The position numbers and the translations under genes are program-made. A stretch of DNA of 64,000 nucleotides from the NCBI GenBank assembly GCA_035299485.1, contig DATGWM010000014.1, positions 160,370 to 224,369 of the forward strand. The letters run 5' to 3'. Shown in pieces: positions 53,988 to 62,722 of the stretch (its first letter is position 1; every line of letters starts with the position of its first letter). Source of the DNA: Fluviicola sp. (lineage in GTDB: Bacteria; Bacteroidota; Bacteroidia; Flavobacteriales_D; Crocinitomicaceae). The notes below the pieces were generated by a model that was not told where the DNA came from, did not search any database, and worked only from the letters and a program-made list of their open reading frames with translations.

Positions 53988-54443
53988 TCAGACAGCTGGT
54001 TTTAACATGGGCTCATAATGGGCCCTGATAAGGGCGTCGGGAATTTTCCGGTTGGCTTTTGAAACGAATGTTTCGCTCCAGGGAGTGCCCTCTTTGTGGG
54101 TTAGTGCACTTAGGTAAACACCATCGAATTCACCGTACATTTCCCAGATTTTGTCGAGGAAGGCGGCATCTTCGGAAGAAATCACTTCGGTAGATGTATA
54201 GGGAATCGGTTCGTTGACCTCCAGTTTGCCGTATTTTTTCAGGCTTTCGTAGAGCGTGGGGAATACCGGGCCATAATCCCAGGCCTCCGGCTCTTCGTTT
54301 ATCAGGCGTTTACCATCTGAAAGCGCCAGGTACCAACCATACGAAACATAAGTTAGTTTGATGAGTTTCATTGGTGTCAATGCTCCGAGTTTGGAGTATT
54401 GTTTCACAAAATAATTGGCGACTGTGGATGGACTGTAAGGCAT
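53988..54443 (-). CDS. Panacea domain (DUF4065/SocA/GepA-like) antitoxin
   Basis: VANYF, LTPMKLIKLTY..YGW, PEAWDYGPVFP.LY, LSALTH..GTPW signature; start moved to 54443. Confidence 0.9.
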   Translation of the reverse strand: MPYSPSTVANYFVKQYSKLGALTPMKLIKLTYVSYGWYLALSDGKRLINEEPEAWDYGPVFPTLYESLKKYGKLEVNEPIPYTSTEVISSEDAAFLDKIWEMYGEFDGVYLSALTHKEGTPWSETFVSKANRKIPDALIRAHYEPMLKPAV

Positions 54444-54497
54444 TGTGAACTGAGGTTTATTCTTCTCACGAAGATAATGACTTTTCAAGATAAATAC

Positions 54498-54513
54498 AAG
54501 CATCTGTTTCATT
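54498..54513 (-). repeat. 16-bp motif AATGAAACAGATGCTT, copy 1
   Basis: Exact inverted copy of 55870-55885; abuts the TTG..20 nt..TATCTTCG promoter-like sequence of the Panacea gene. Confidence 0.8.
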
Positions 54514-54544
54514 GCTAAAGAACCATTTCCGTTTCTGGATTCAT

Positions 54545-54579
54545 AAAAAAGAAGCGGGCTATGGGCTCCCCGCTTCTTT
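54545..54579 (-). terminator. Terminator of the ssb cluster
   Basis: 11-bp stem AAAGAAGCGGG/CCCGCTTCTTT with a T-run on the minus strand. Confidence 0.8.
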
Positions 54580-54593
54580 CTTCTGCATACCGC

Positions 54594-54917
54594 CTATGAT
54601 TTCAAAATCACGACCTGGCGGACTTCTACTTCTGTAACTTTTCGCGGAGTTCCTCCTGCACTCATATACGTTCGGTTGACCAGCCGGCCGGTCACGGCAA
54701 CACGTTTTCCGCTGCGACAGTATTTGTTGACAAACTCAGCCGTCGTGCCCCAGGCAAACATGCTGAACCGATGAATACGGGTGCTTAACCTTTCCGGTTC
54801 CTCATCGTCTGTCCGCACCGAAAAACGCGCCACCATGGCACCACTTTCAAAAACCGTGATCAACGGATTTTTTCCGAAGTCACCGACGATCGTTACCTGA
54901 TTCCGAATAGCGTTCAT
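54594..54917 (-). CDS. ssb: Single-stranded DNA-binding protein paralog 3 (diverged, OB fold only)
   Basis: NQVTIVGDFG, ARFSV, AWG, GKRVAVTGRL, TEVEV. Confidence 0.75.
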   Translation of the reverse strand: MNAIRNQVTIVGDFGKNPLITVFESGAMVARFSVRTDDEEPERLSTRIHRFSMFAWGTTAEFVNKYCRSGKRVAVTGRLVNRTYMSAGGTPRKVTEVEVRQVVILKS

Positions 54918-54926
54918 GGATCTTGG

Positions 54927-55241
54927 TTAAAGGATGATGAGATCGTTGACTTCTATTTCGGAGATCATCTGGCGCTTTCCGTTCTCGAGGCGATAAAACC
55001 GCGAGACCAACTTCCCTTCTATTGCCAGGTTTGCTCCCTTCGTGCAAAGTTCTTCCAGGACGGTTACCCATCTTCCCCAGGCGGTCATGCGGTGCCAGTT
55101 TTGCCTGACACACACATTTCCGTCTTCATCGAGGTATGACTCATTGGTCGAGAGGGAAAACTGAGCGACTTTTCTGCCTCCCGGCAGCACCGCGATACGT
55201 GGATCGGAGGTCATCTTACCAATGAGATTGACATAATTCAT
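54927..55241 (-). CDS. ssb: Single-stranded DNA-binding protein paralog 2 (OB fold only)
   Basis: MNYVNLIG, AQFSLSTNE, NWHRMTAWG, KGANLAIEGKL, EIEV. Confidence 0.85.
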   Translation of the reverse strand: MNYVNLIGKMTSDPRIAVLPGGRKVAQFSLSTNESYLDEDGNVCVRQNWHRMTAWGRWVTVLEELCTKGANLAIEGKLVSRFYRLENGKRQMISEIEVNDLIIL

Positions 55242-55291
55242 GTGAAACTGCTGTGTTGTGGTTGCGTGATTGTTCATGACGAAAACTGTTT

Positions 55292-55636
55292 TTAGTTAAC
55301 TGCTTTTGGTGTCAGGACTAAGAACCCGTTCATTTCAATTTCCGTACTGAAGCGTTTTTCACCGGCTTTGGTTTCGTATGTCTTGTTGACCAATCGGCCT
55401 TCAACGATCACCTCGGTGCCCTTCTTCAGTAATTTCTCCACATTCTCCACCTGTTTCCCCCAGGCAACAACGTTGTGCCATTGCGTGTTCTCGATCCACT
55501 CGCCGTTTTTGTCTTTGTATGGTTCACGGGTCGCAATACTCATTTTAGCCACTTGTGTTCCCGATTGGAATTTTGTGATTTCAGGTTCTCTTCCCAGGCG
55601 ACCGATCAAGCTTACTTTGTTACGTAATGTGTTCAT
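55292..55636 (-). CDS. ssb: Single-stranded DNA-binding protein paralog 1 (OB fold only)
   Basis: NKVSLIGRLGREPE, SIAT, TQWHNVVAWG, KKGTEVIVEGRL, TEI. Confidence 0.9.
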   Translation of the reverse strand: MNTLRNKVSLIGRLGREPEITKFQSGTQVAKMSIATREPYKDKNGEWIENTQWHNVVAWGKQVENVEKLLKKGTEVIVEGRLVNKTYETKAGEKRFSTEIEMNGFLVLTPKAVN

Positions 55637-55847
55637 AATGTTTGTGTTTTAAACGTTTGTAAATAATTTGTTTTGTTGCGATCAGTCCTTGTAACTGATT
55701 GACGATGCAAAGTTGTAGCGGCCTGAAAACCGGATTCGGTTAAAATTCAATTACTGTCGATTATTTTTCGTTTGTAAACGGTTATTATCGTTTTTAATAT
55801 TGATTAACAGTATATTGTATTTAAAAATAATGTCCGATACAAAAGAA

Positions 55848-55885
55848 AATGAAACAGATGATAGAAGATAATGAAACAGATGCTT
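55848..55885 (+). repeat. Tandem 13-bp direct repeat AATGAAACAGATG (period 22), motif copies 2 and 3
   Basis: Copies at 55848-55860 and 55870-55882; the second extends to the 16-bp match with 54498-54513. Confidence 0.8.
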
Positions 55886-56044
55886 TTTACTATTTCAACC
55901 TATAGTGGAGTGAACAATTTTGAAAGACAATTCGGAGAGTTTTATGGGAATTATCCGCTATTTCCTTTACAAATTACTAGTAAATATCCCATTGCCGAAT
56001 TAATAGAAGCTCAAGAACTTTGTAGAAATTAAAAAACAAATTTT

Positions 56045-56389
56045 ATGTCATTTACACCAAAAGCCGAGCTACTCTATAAAGATGGCTCAAACCCAAAACA
56101 TTACTGCATTGCAGCTTCATTTGTTGAAACGGCAAATTACGGATTCGTAACTGCCTCCGAAGTACAAGATCATCCAGAAGAAGAAGATGGATATCTCGTT
56201 ACATACACTGTTGGCGACAATTCAAGAGGGGGTGATGAAATGGATGCTGATCTTGGAACCATTACCTTGGTCACAAGCACAGGATTCGTTGACGTTGAAT
56301 TTTACGATGAGCAATCTCATTTTTTAGGTAAAAAGCGTATCCGTACTGAAGAAGCACAAAAAGATACTAGACCAATTGAAGAGCGCTAA
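56045..56389 (+). CDS. Small acidic hypothetical protein
   Basis: 114-aa ORF with an A-rich translation initiation region and its own terminator; no signal peptide; charged tail GKKRIRTEEAQKDTRPIEER. Confidence 0.7.
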   Translation: MSFTPKAELLYKDGSNPKHYCIAASFVETANYGFVTASEVQDHPEEEDGYLVTYTVGDNSRGGDEMDADLGTITLVTSTGFVDVEFYDEQSHFLGKKRIRTEEAQKDTRPIEER

Positions 56390-56397
56390 TTTAGTGC

Positions 56398-56430
56398 AGC
56401 AGCAGAATTAAAAAATTCTGCTGCTTTTTT
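56398..56430 (+). terminator. Terminator between the small gene and the kinase
   Basis: Perfect 12-bp stem AGCAGCAGAATT/AATTCTGCTGCT followed by TTTTT. Confidence 0.85.
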
Positions 56431-56461
56431 GTACTTTGTGATGCCTAAGCGCTATAGCACT

Positions 56462-58543
56462 ATGAAAATCGTATTATTATTTCTTTCATTGATATGTGGT
56501 TTTTGTTTCGGACAAGAGACAGATGAACTGTCTTCGAAATTCAAGCATACAAATCAAGATCGTTTAAAGATGGCTTATGCATCTGAGCTTGCATGGAAAT
56601 TGCGAGATCAAAATCCAGATTCATCACTCTTTTATGCAAAAATTGCTCTACAATTATCTAAAAAATTGGGCGACAAAAAAACAGAAGCGTATAGCCTTTC
56701 TGACATTGGAACTTATTACAAACACCAAGAGCACTATACAGAAGCTCAAAAGTATTTTAAGAAAAGCTTACGTATTCGAAAAACCATTGGCGAGAATAAC
56801 GATATTGCCAGTGGTTATAATCAATTAGGACTATTATTCCGTCAACAGGAACAATACGATTCCGCAGTAGTCTATTTTCGAAAAGGAATCGACCTACTAC
56901 CTCATGAAAAATCCACTTTAAAATCCAATTTATTAGATGGATACGGCATGAGCCTACTTAATTTGGGGCAGTACAAACATGCATTACACTATATTCAACA
57001 ATCGTTGAAAATTGCAGAAGAATTGGAAGATTCTCTTTCCATAGCCAAATCACATCAAAATCTTGGAGTAATATATGTGAAACAGGGAGTTGCCAAATTG
57101 GCCTTGACAGAATTCAAATCAGCGGAACAGCTTTTTTCGATATTGAAGAATCAAAATGGGCTTTTGGAATCAATCATAAATCAAGCTTCGATCAATCAGC
57201 AACTAGGAAAGATCATAAATGCTGACAAAATGTACCAAAAAGCGGAACTGCTTAGTATTAAACACGGATTTCAAGATAACCTTCCTACCATATGGTTCAA
57301 TCGAGCAGAATTATTTTTAGAAAGTGACCCAAAAAAATCCATTTATTTCTATAAGAAAGCCTTAAAAAATGCTACTTCGTATGAAAAGCCTTTACTTAAA
57401 ACCGAATGTTTACTAGGGCTGATGGACGCATCAATTCGAGCAGACCAATTAAATGCTACGAAACAATGGAAATTACAGTTAGAAGAACAACCTCAACTTA
57501 ATCGCACAGCCATAAGAAAAGATTTCCTCGAATTATGCGTAAAATATTATCGCAAATCAGGAGACCTTGAGTCAGCTTTCAGATATAGCCAGGATTTATT
57601 AAAGGTCCGAGATAGTTTAGATAAGATCGTACTAAACAACCTTGAAACACTCTCTCTTCTTGAAAAATCACGAAACAAGGAAAAAATTGCTCGGGAAGAA
57701 ATAAATCGGCTGAAAGTAATAAAACAATCAGAAGAAGATCAGTCTCAAATGTGGTTTTTAACAATGGGAATAATCATGATACTCCTAATCGTTTCATTAA
57801 TCACGTTTTTCTTGATTTATAAAATCAGATTGGATAATAAGAATGCTGTCCTCAGGGAACAAGAGTTACAGCAAGAAATGACCGATTTAATTCATGAATC
57901 AGACCTTCGTGTAATGGAGGAGTCATTGTTAGTTGAAGGTAAAACCCGCAAAAACATTGGAAAAGATTTACACGATAATTTAGGTAGCAAGTTAGCCGTT
58001 GTACAAATCATGTTGGATTCTTTCCGCAGAAAAACAGAAGAATCTCGAATGGATCTTCAAGAAAAACTAGTAAAAGCAATTCAACTAATAGAAGACTCCT
58101 GTAATGACCTTAGGACCATATCAAGAAACATGGTTAATACAGGGATAAGTGAAACCAGTTTAGCAGACAGTGTCGACACCCTATGCCGATTCATATCTGA
58201 AAATTCGCAAATAGAGATAGTCTTTCACTATGAAAATGATATTGTTTTACAAGAAATGCATTGGCGAAAGAACATTTTATCCACCATTTCTTTGCTTTTA
58301 CACAACATTATTAAACATTCAGATGCATCCAAAGCAGAAATCACTCTATTAGGTGATGAAACACAACTTTCTATCATAATCAAAGACAATGGTAAAGGTT
58401 TCGACACAAATAAACTAGACCAAGTTGAAGGTGTCGGACTGCGAAATGCGAGAGAAAGAGTCGAAATAATGAAAGGCACAATTCAAATGACATCCGAAAA
58501 AGGAAGTGGAACCAATATACTCATACAATTACCCTCAAAATGA
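56462..58543 (+). CDS. TPR-containing sensor histidine kinase (HisKA_3/NarX type)
   Basis: Signal sequence, multiple TPRs (IASGYNQLG, IAKSHQNLG), TM helix, GKDLHDNLGS H-box, NIIKHSDA, IKDNGKGF, GVGL, GSGT. Confidence 0.92.
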   Translation: MKIVLLFLSLICGFCFGQETDELSSKFKHTNQDRLKMAYASELAWKLRDQNPDSSLFYAKIALQLSKKLGDKKTEAYSLSDIGTYYKHQEHYTEAQKYFKKSLRIRKTIGENNDIASGYNQLGLLFRQQEQYDSAVVYFRKGIDLLPHEKSTLKSNLLDGYGMSLLNLGQYKHALHYIQQSLKIAEELEDSLSIAKSHQNLGVIYVKQGVAKLALTEFKSAEQLFSILKNQNGLLESIINQASINQQLGKIINADKMYQKAELLSIKHGFQDNLPTIWFNRAELFLESDPKKSIYFYKKALKNATSYEKPLLKTECLLGLMDASIRADQLNATKQWKLQLEEQPQLNRTAIRKDFLELCVKYYRKSGDLESAFRYSQDLLKVRDSLDKIVLNNLETLSLLEKSRNKEKIAREEINRLKVIKQSEEDQSQMWFLTMGIIMILLIVSLITFFLIYKIRLDNKNAVLREQELQQEMTDLIHESDLRVMEESLLVEGKTRKNIGKDLHDNLGSKLAVVQIMLDSFRRKTEESRMDLQEKLVKAIQLIEDSCNDLRTISRNMVNTGISETSLADSVDTLCRFISENSQIEIVFHYENDIVLQEMHWRKNILSTISLLLHNIIKHSDASKAEITLLGDETQLSIIIKDNGKGFDTNKLDQVEGVGLRNARERVEIMKGTIQMTSEKGSGTNILIQLPSK

Positions 58544-59214
58544 TTAAACAAAAACCCTCTGTATTTATAGCAGACGATCACCAGATCGTAATTGACGCCA
58601 TTCGTTCCGAACTAGAAGATTTCGGAGAATCACTTCATTATTTGGGGAGTGCTACAAACGGTAAAGATGTTATTGATGTACTGAACCAGAAAAAGATTGA
58701 CCTCTTGATACTTGACATTAGTATGCCAGAACCTGATGGTCTTGAAATACTTCAGTACATTAAAGAGAACGGTATCAGAGTAAAAGTGCTTGTGTTAACA
58801 ATGCACGATGATCTCGCTCATGTTTCTGCAATGATGCGTCATGGCGCACATGGCTACATACTCAAGAATGAAGGTGCGCGATACGTTGTTGATGCAGTTA
58901 GCCATATTCTCGCTGGCAACAACTATTTTCCTAATGAAATATTGCAAAAATTGGCTGATGGTTTTGCTTCTGACTACTTTTCTATAAGTGATACTCCTGA
59001 AGAAAAAATCCGGAAATCAATTTCTGACGATGATGCACAGGTATTGGAATTATTAACCCTTGAGTATACCTCTAAGGAGATTGCGGATAAGATGAATGTT
59101 ACTAAGAAAGCTATAGATGCACGATTGAAGAAATTACGTGATAAAACCGGAACAACATCTGAAAAAGGATTGGTGGCTTTTGCTGTTCGAAACGGTTTTT
59201 CAGCAAAAGGATAA
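58540..59214 (+). CDS. NarL/LuxR family response regulator
   Basis: IADDHQIV, LILDISMPEPDG, VLTMH, GAHGYILK, C-terminal HTH TSKEIADKM; ATGA overlap with the kinase. Confidence 0.93.
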   Translation: MIKQKPSVFIADDHQIVIDAIRSELEDFGESLHYLGSATNGKDVIDVLNQKKIDLLILDISMPEPDGLEILQYIKENGIRVKVLVLTMHDDLAHVSAMMRHGAHGYILKNEGARYVVDAVSHILAGNNYFPNEILQKLADGFASDYFSISDTPEEKIRKSISDDDAQVLELLTLEYTSKEIADKMNVTKKAIDARLKKLRDKTGTTSEKGLVAFAVRNGFSAKG

Positions 59215-59343
59215 TACAAGAATTTTAGTAAAAATCCCCTGAATCAATCTGCTTATTGAGTAAAAATACCAATAATTCATCATCTCATTTTTTATCATAG
59301 ACCGAGCCACTAACATTGTCTTGAAAATTTAAAAACCAAGTCA

Positions 59344-60297
59344 ATGTCAATGTATGAAAAAAGAAAAGCTCTTCTAATTGGAGTTAATGAATATGATTAT
59401 TACAATCGATTAAAAGGTTGTGAGAATGATGTTAGGATGATGGAAGAGGTCCTACAATGTCATGAGAAGGGAGATCCAAATTTCTCTATTTCCAAAGTTC
59501 TCAACGAGACTAACGATCACATAAAATCAGAAATCATCACACTTCTTAAAAGAGATGCAACGATGGCTCTTTTATACTTTTCTGGCCATGGAAACGTAAC
59601 TGATGAGGGTGGATTTATTTGTGGTCGAGACGTCTCAAAAGAAAACTCAGGAGTTTCGATGGATTGGATTATTGAGCAAATCAATAAATCTATTATTCCT
59701 GAAATTACTGTAATTCTTGATTGTTGCTTTGCTGGTGAAATAGCAAATGAAGAAACTGATGGTACTGTTTTCACAAGACTTAGAAAGGGTGTTACGATAC
59801 TTGCAGCGACCACAGAAAATGATACTGCTACAGAATTTTTGCGGAAAGGTGTATTCACTTCAATCCTTTATAACGGATTAAAAGGAGCGGCAAAGGACAT
59901 ATTGGGACATGTAACTGCTGTAAGTCTTTATAGCAACTCAGAATCTATACTTTCCCCATGGGAACAACGCCCTGTCTTTAAGTCATTTGTGAAGCAATTA
60001 ACACCCTTACGTTTTTGTCTACCAACGGTAAGAAAACGAATCCTTCGTCAAATGGTTCATGAACCATATTTTTCATCCAAAGAGAAATTAATTTCTCTTG
60101 ATTCCAAACTGTTAAAAGATGAATTCGGAACAATTGGCCAAGAAGAATTATACGCACTCGCTTCATTTGAAAAAGCTGGACTCCTAGAGTGTCCTGATAG
60201 AATCCCATTATTACAAGCAATTATTGAAAATAAAACCTGTGGATTATCTCCTTTCGGTAAACATGTTTGGGAGCTTTTCAGCAAAAGAAATATCTAA
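59344..60297 (+). CDS. Caspase-like (peptidase C14) protease
   Basis: RKALLIGVNEY, LKGCENDV, YFSGHG (His82), ILDCCFAG (Cys128), GVFT; about 80-aa C-terminal extension. Confidence 0.9.
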   Translation: MSMYEKRKALLIGVNEYDYYNRLKGCENDVRMMEEVLQCHEKGDPNFSISKVLNETNDHIKSEIITLLKRDATMALLYFSGHGNVTDEGGFICGRDVSKENSGVSMDWIIEQINKSIIPEITVILDCCFAGEIANEETDGTVFTRLRKGVTILAATTENDTATEFLRKGVFTSILYNGLKGAAKDILGHVTAVSLYSNSESILSPWEQRPVFKSFVKQLTPLRFCLPTVRKRILRQMVHEPYFSSKEKLISLDSKLLKDEFGTIGQEELYALASFEKAGLLECPDRIPLLQAIIENKTCGLSPFGKHVWELFSKRNI

Positions 60298-60316
60298 TCA
60301 ACTAAAAGCAAATTAA

Positions 60317-61330
60317 ATGAGCTCATACAGCAATAAAAGCACTTTACATGTACGAATTAAAAATTTTGTATCATGGATTGCTCCTCCAAAAGAAACTCGT
60401 GAGGCCATCAAAAAAAGATCCGACGAAGTAAGAGAGAAAATTAAAGCCGAAGCCGAAAAAGATGGAATAACCATTTCTCAAATGCCATATTCGGGCTCGT
60501 TTTCAACAAAGACTGGTTTAAGGCGCAATATGCGTGGAAATACGATTTTAGATGGTCAAGATGTTGACATACCATTTGTAGTTAAAAAAGATACTGAAAC
60601 AGAATTTGGTCCATTAATCAAACGATTTAAAAAGTATGCCCAGACTTGTTATCCAAACCATGAAATTGAAGAAACAAAAAGTTCCGTTAACATCGTATTC
60701 GAAAAAGACAATCTAACATTCGACATTGTTCCTATGTTCGAAGCAGATAAAGCTTCTTATCAAACATTAATTAGGGGCAACGGTGAGATAATTACAACCT
60801 CCATTGAAAAACATCGGGAATTTATTCGCAATCGTACTAAAGAAACAAAAGAATCTGATGGTATTGTAACATTCAATGACTGTATACGGTTACTGAAGTG
60901 GTGGAGAAGAGTAAAAGAAATTGAATGTGATGAAAACCTTTGCTTACCTAGTTTCTTAATCAATCTTCTCGGGGCACAAGCATATAACAATTGTAGTGAT
61001 GATACTACATACCCCCAGACATTAGCAAATTGGTTTTCATTCCTGGCAAGTACTGTCAGAAAAAAAGAAACTATTTGGTTTGACGACTATTACTCCAAAC
61101 CTGAACCTGACGAATATAAATCTTGGAATGTAATAGATCCAGTCATGCCTGGTAACAACATCGTCAAATCATGGCCAGGATATCAAGTCGATCAATTGGC
61201 AGATTGGCTACAAGAAGCTGCAGAAACTATGAACAGAGCAATTGTTGCTGACATGCAGGAACGTCACGCAGATAGCCTTGTCCATTTACAGCAATTATTC
61301 GGAACCATATTCTCTTCCCATTGCGATTAA
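60317..61330 (+). CDS. cdnC: CBASS CD-NTase, CdnC-like oligonucleotide cyclase
   Basis: SGSFSTKTGL, DVD, FDIVP catalytic motifs; TSIEKHREFI, RLLKWW, PSF, IDPV.P.NN match E. coli CdnC as I recall it. Confidence 0.9.
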   Translation: MSSYSNKSTLHVRIKNFVSWIAPPKETREAIKKRSDEVREKIKAEAEKDGITISQMPYSGSFSTKTGLRRNMRGNTILDGQDVDIPFVVKKDTETEFGPLIKRFKKYAQTCYPNHEIEETKSSVNIVFEKDNLTFDIVPMFEADKASYQTLIRGNGEIITTSIEKHREFIRNRTKETKESDGIVTFNDCIRLLKWWRRVKEIECDENLCLPSFLINLLGAQAYNNCSDDTTYPQTLANWFSFLASTVRKKETIWFDDYYSKPEPDEYKSWNVIDPVMPGNNIVKSWPGYQVDQLADWLQEAAETMNRAIVADMQERHADSLVHLQQLFGTIFSSHCD

Positions 61331-61346
61331 TCCTAATAAATAAATT

Positions 61347-61829
61347 ATGAGTGTATACACATTTAGCGGAACGGACAGTTATTCCGAGGCCGATGTAAAA
61401 GCCGTTATGCAAAATACCTATGAGGATATTATTGGGTTTGCGAATCGAAAGACGATAAGCTATGGTACAGCAGAATTGTGGATAGAAGAATTAACCTATG
61501 CTTTGAATAGAAAAATCGTCAAATTCTTTGAAGTCCAGTTGAAAAATCCTTCTGGTGAAATTTTCAAGAGTCATAGATATCATGTTGACTCCTATGGCTA
61601 TTTGTCCTCCGGATCATCATCCGGAGGAATAAACTACCATTCCTATCCTTCTGATACCACTGCTAGTTTATACATAGATTTTTTAGATAGTCTTTCCAAA
61701 AGCGATATCGATGAAATAATTAGAGATCGAGGTTGGGGAACAGGCTCTGCAATGAAAGGTAATGAGATTCACGACCGAAATTACGTAAGCAATAATTTGA
61801 GAATACAACGAACGGAAATAACAAAATAA
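61347..61829 (+). CDS. cap7: Bacterial HORMA domain protein
   Basis: 160 aa between the CD-NTase and the AAA ATPase; N-terminal YTFS.T.SYS and C-terminal DRNY...RIQRT resemble bacterial HORMA1. Confidence 0.8.
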   Translation: MSVYTFSGTDSYSEADVKAVMQNTYEDIIGFANRKTISYGTAELWIEELTYALNRKIVKFFEVQLKNPSGEIFKSHRYHVDSYGYLSSGSSSGGINYHSYPSDTTASLYIDFLDSLSKSDIDEIIRDRGWGTGSAMKGNEIHDRNYVSNNLRIQRTEITK

Positions 61830-61831
61830 CC

Positions 61832-62722
61832 ATGGAAGTTAAATTACAAGAACAGAAACATCCCAACAAAGCAGCGGAGTTAGCTTTTGATGAATTAATC
61901 GCTATTGACGGACAGAAAGAGATTTTACTTAATTCACTCGAACTGTTCTTCCATAAGGAGAAGATTGAACGATGGCGCCAACACCATCATTCAAGTGGAT
62001 TAAACTTCTTGAGTCACCTTAACAACGGAACTTCATTGATCATTTTATCCGGAGATGTTGGTTGCGGTAAGACAGCGCTTGCTCATTCCATTGGTACACC
62101 ACTTGGAAAACGAATTGATAAACGAATCACTGTTTTCGAAACACCGTCAAATATACGGGGAGCGGGTAGAGTCGGAGAAATATCGAATCGCATCACTGAT
62201 GCTTTTGAACAAGTCAAATCCAAATTAACATCCGACCAGACAGGAATTCTGATTATAGATGAGGCTGATGATCTTGCAACAGATCGTGATCAGAATCAGG
62301 CACATCATGAAGATCGCGCAGGACTTAATGTTCTGCTTAAACAGATCGATTTAATTGCACGAGAAAATGTTGCACTAGCCGTTATTCTGATAACGAACCG
62401 TCTTAAAGTACTAGATCCAGCTATTATACGTCGAGCCACTCAAATAATTGAGTTTGGAAGACCTGATGAAGCTGCAAGAAAATTGGTTTTCCAACATATG
62501 TTTAACGGTTCAGATTTGTCCGAAAAGGATTACGATGAACTTGTTAAAGCCAGCACTCATCCCAAAACACCTTATAGCTTTTCTGATCTTATTCAAAAGG
62601 TTGGAAGGCAATCATTATTTAGTGCGATTCAAAGTGATCAACCATTCGGTAAAGACATCTACCTGACAACGATAAAGAATACGAAACCCTCACCAATTCT
62701 GAAACAAGATGAAAACAGATAA
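61832..62722 (+). CDS. cap6: TRIP13/Pch2-like AAA+ ATPase
   Basis: GDVGCGKT Walker A, RGAGRVGE, IIDEADDL Walker B, HHEDR, TNRL.VLDPAI.RR. Confidence 0.92.
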   Translation: MEVKLQEQKHPNKAAELAFDELIAIDGQKEILLNSLELFFHKEKIERWRQHHHSSGLNFLSHLNNGTSLIILSGDVGCGKTALAHSIGTPLGKRIDKRITVFETPSNIRGAGRVGEISNRITDAFEQVKSKLTSDQTGILIIDEADDLATDRDQNQAHHEDRAGLNVLLKQIDLIARENVALAVILITNRLKVLDPAIIRRATQIIEFGRPDEAARKLVFQHMFNGSDLSEKDYDELVKASTHPKTPYSFSDLIQKVGRQSLFSAIQSDQPFGKDIYLTTIKNTKPSPILKQDENR

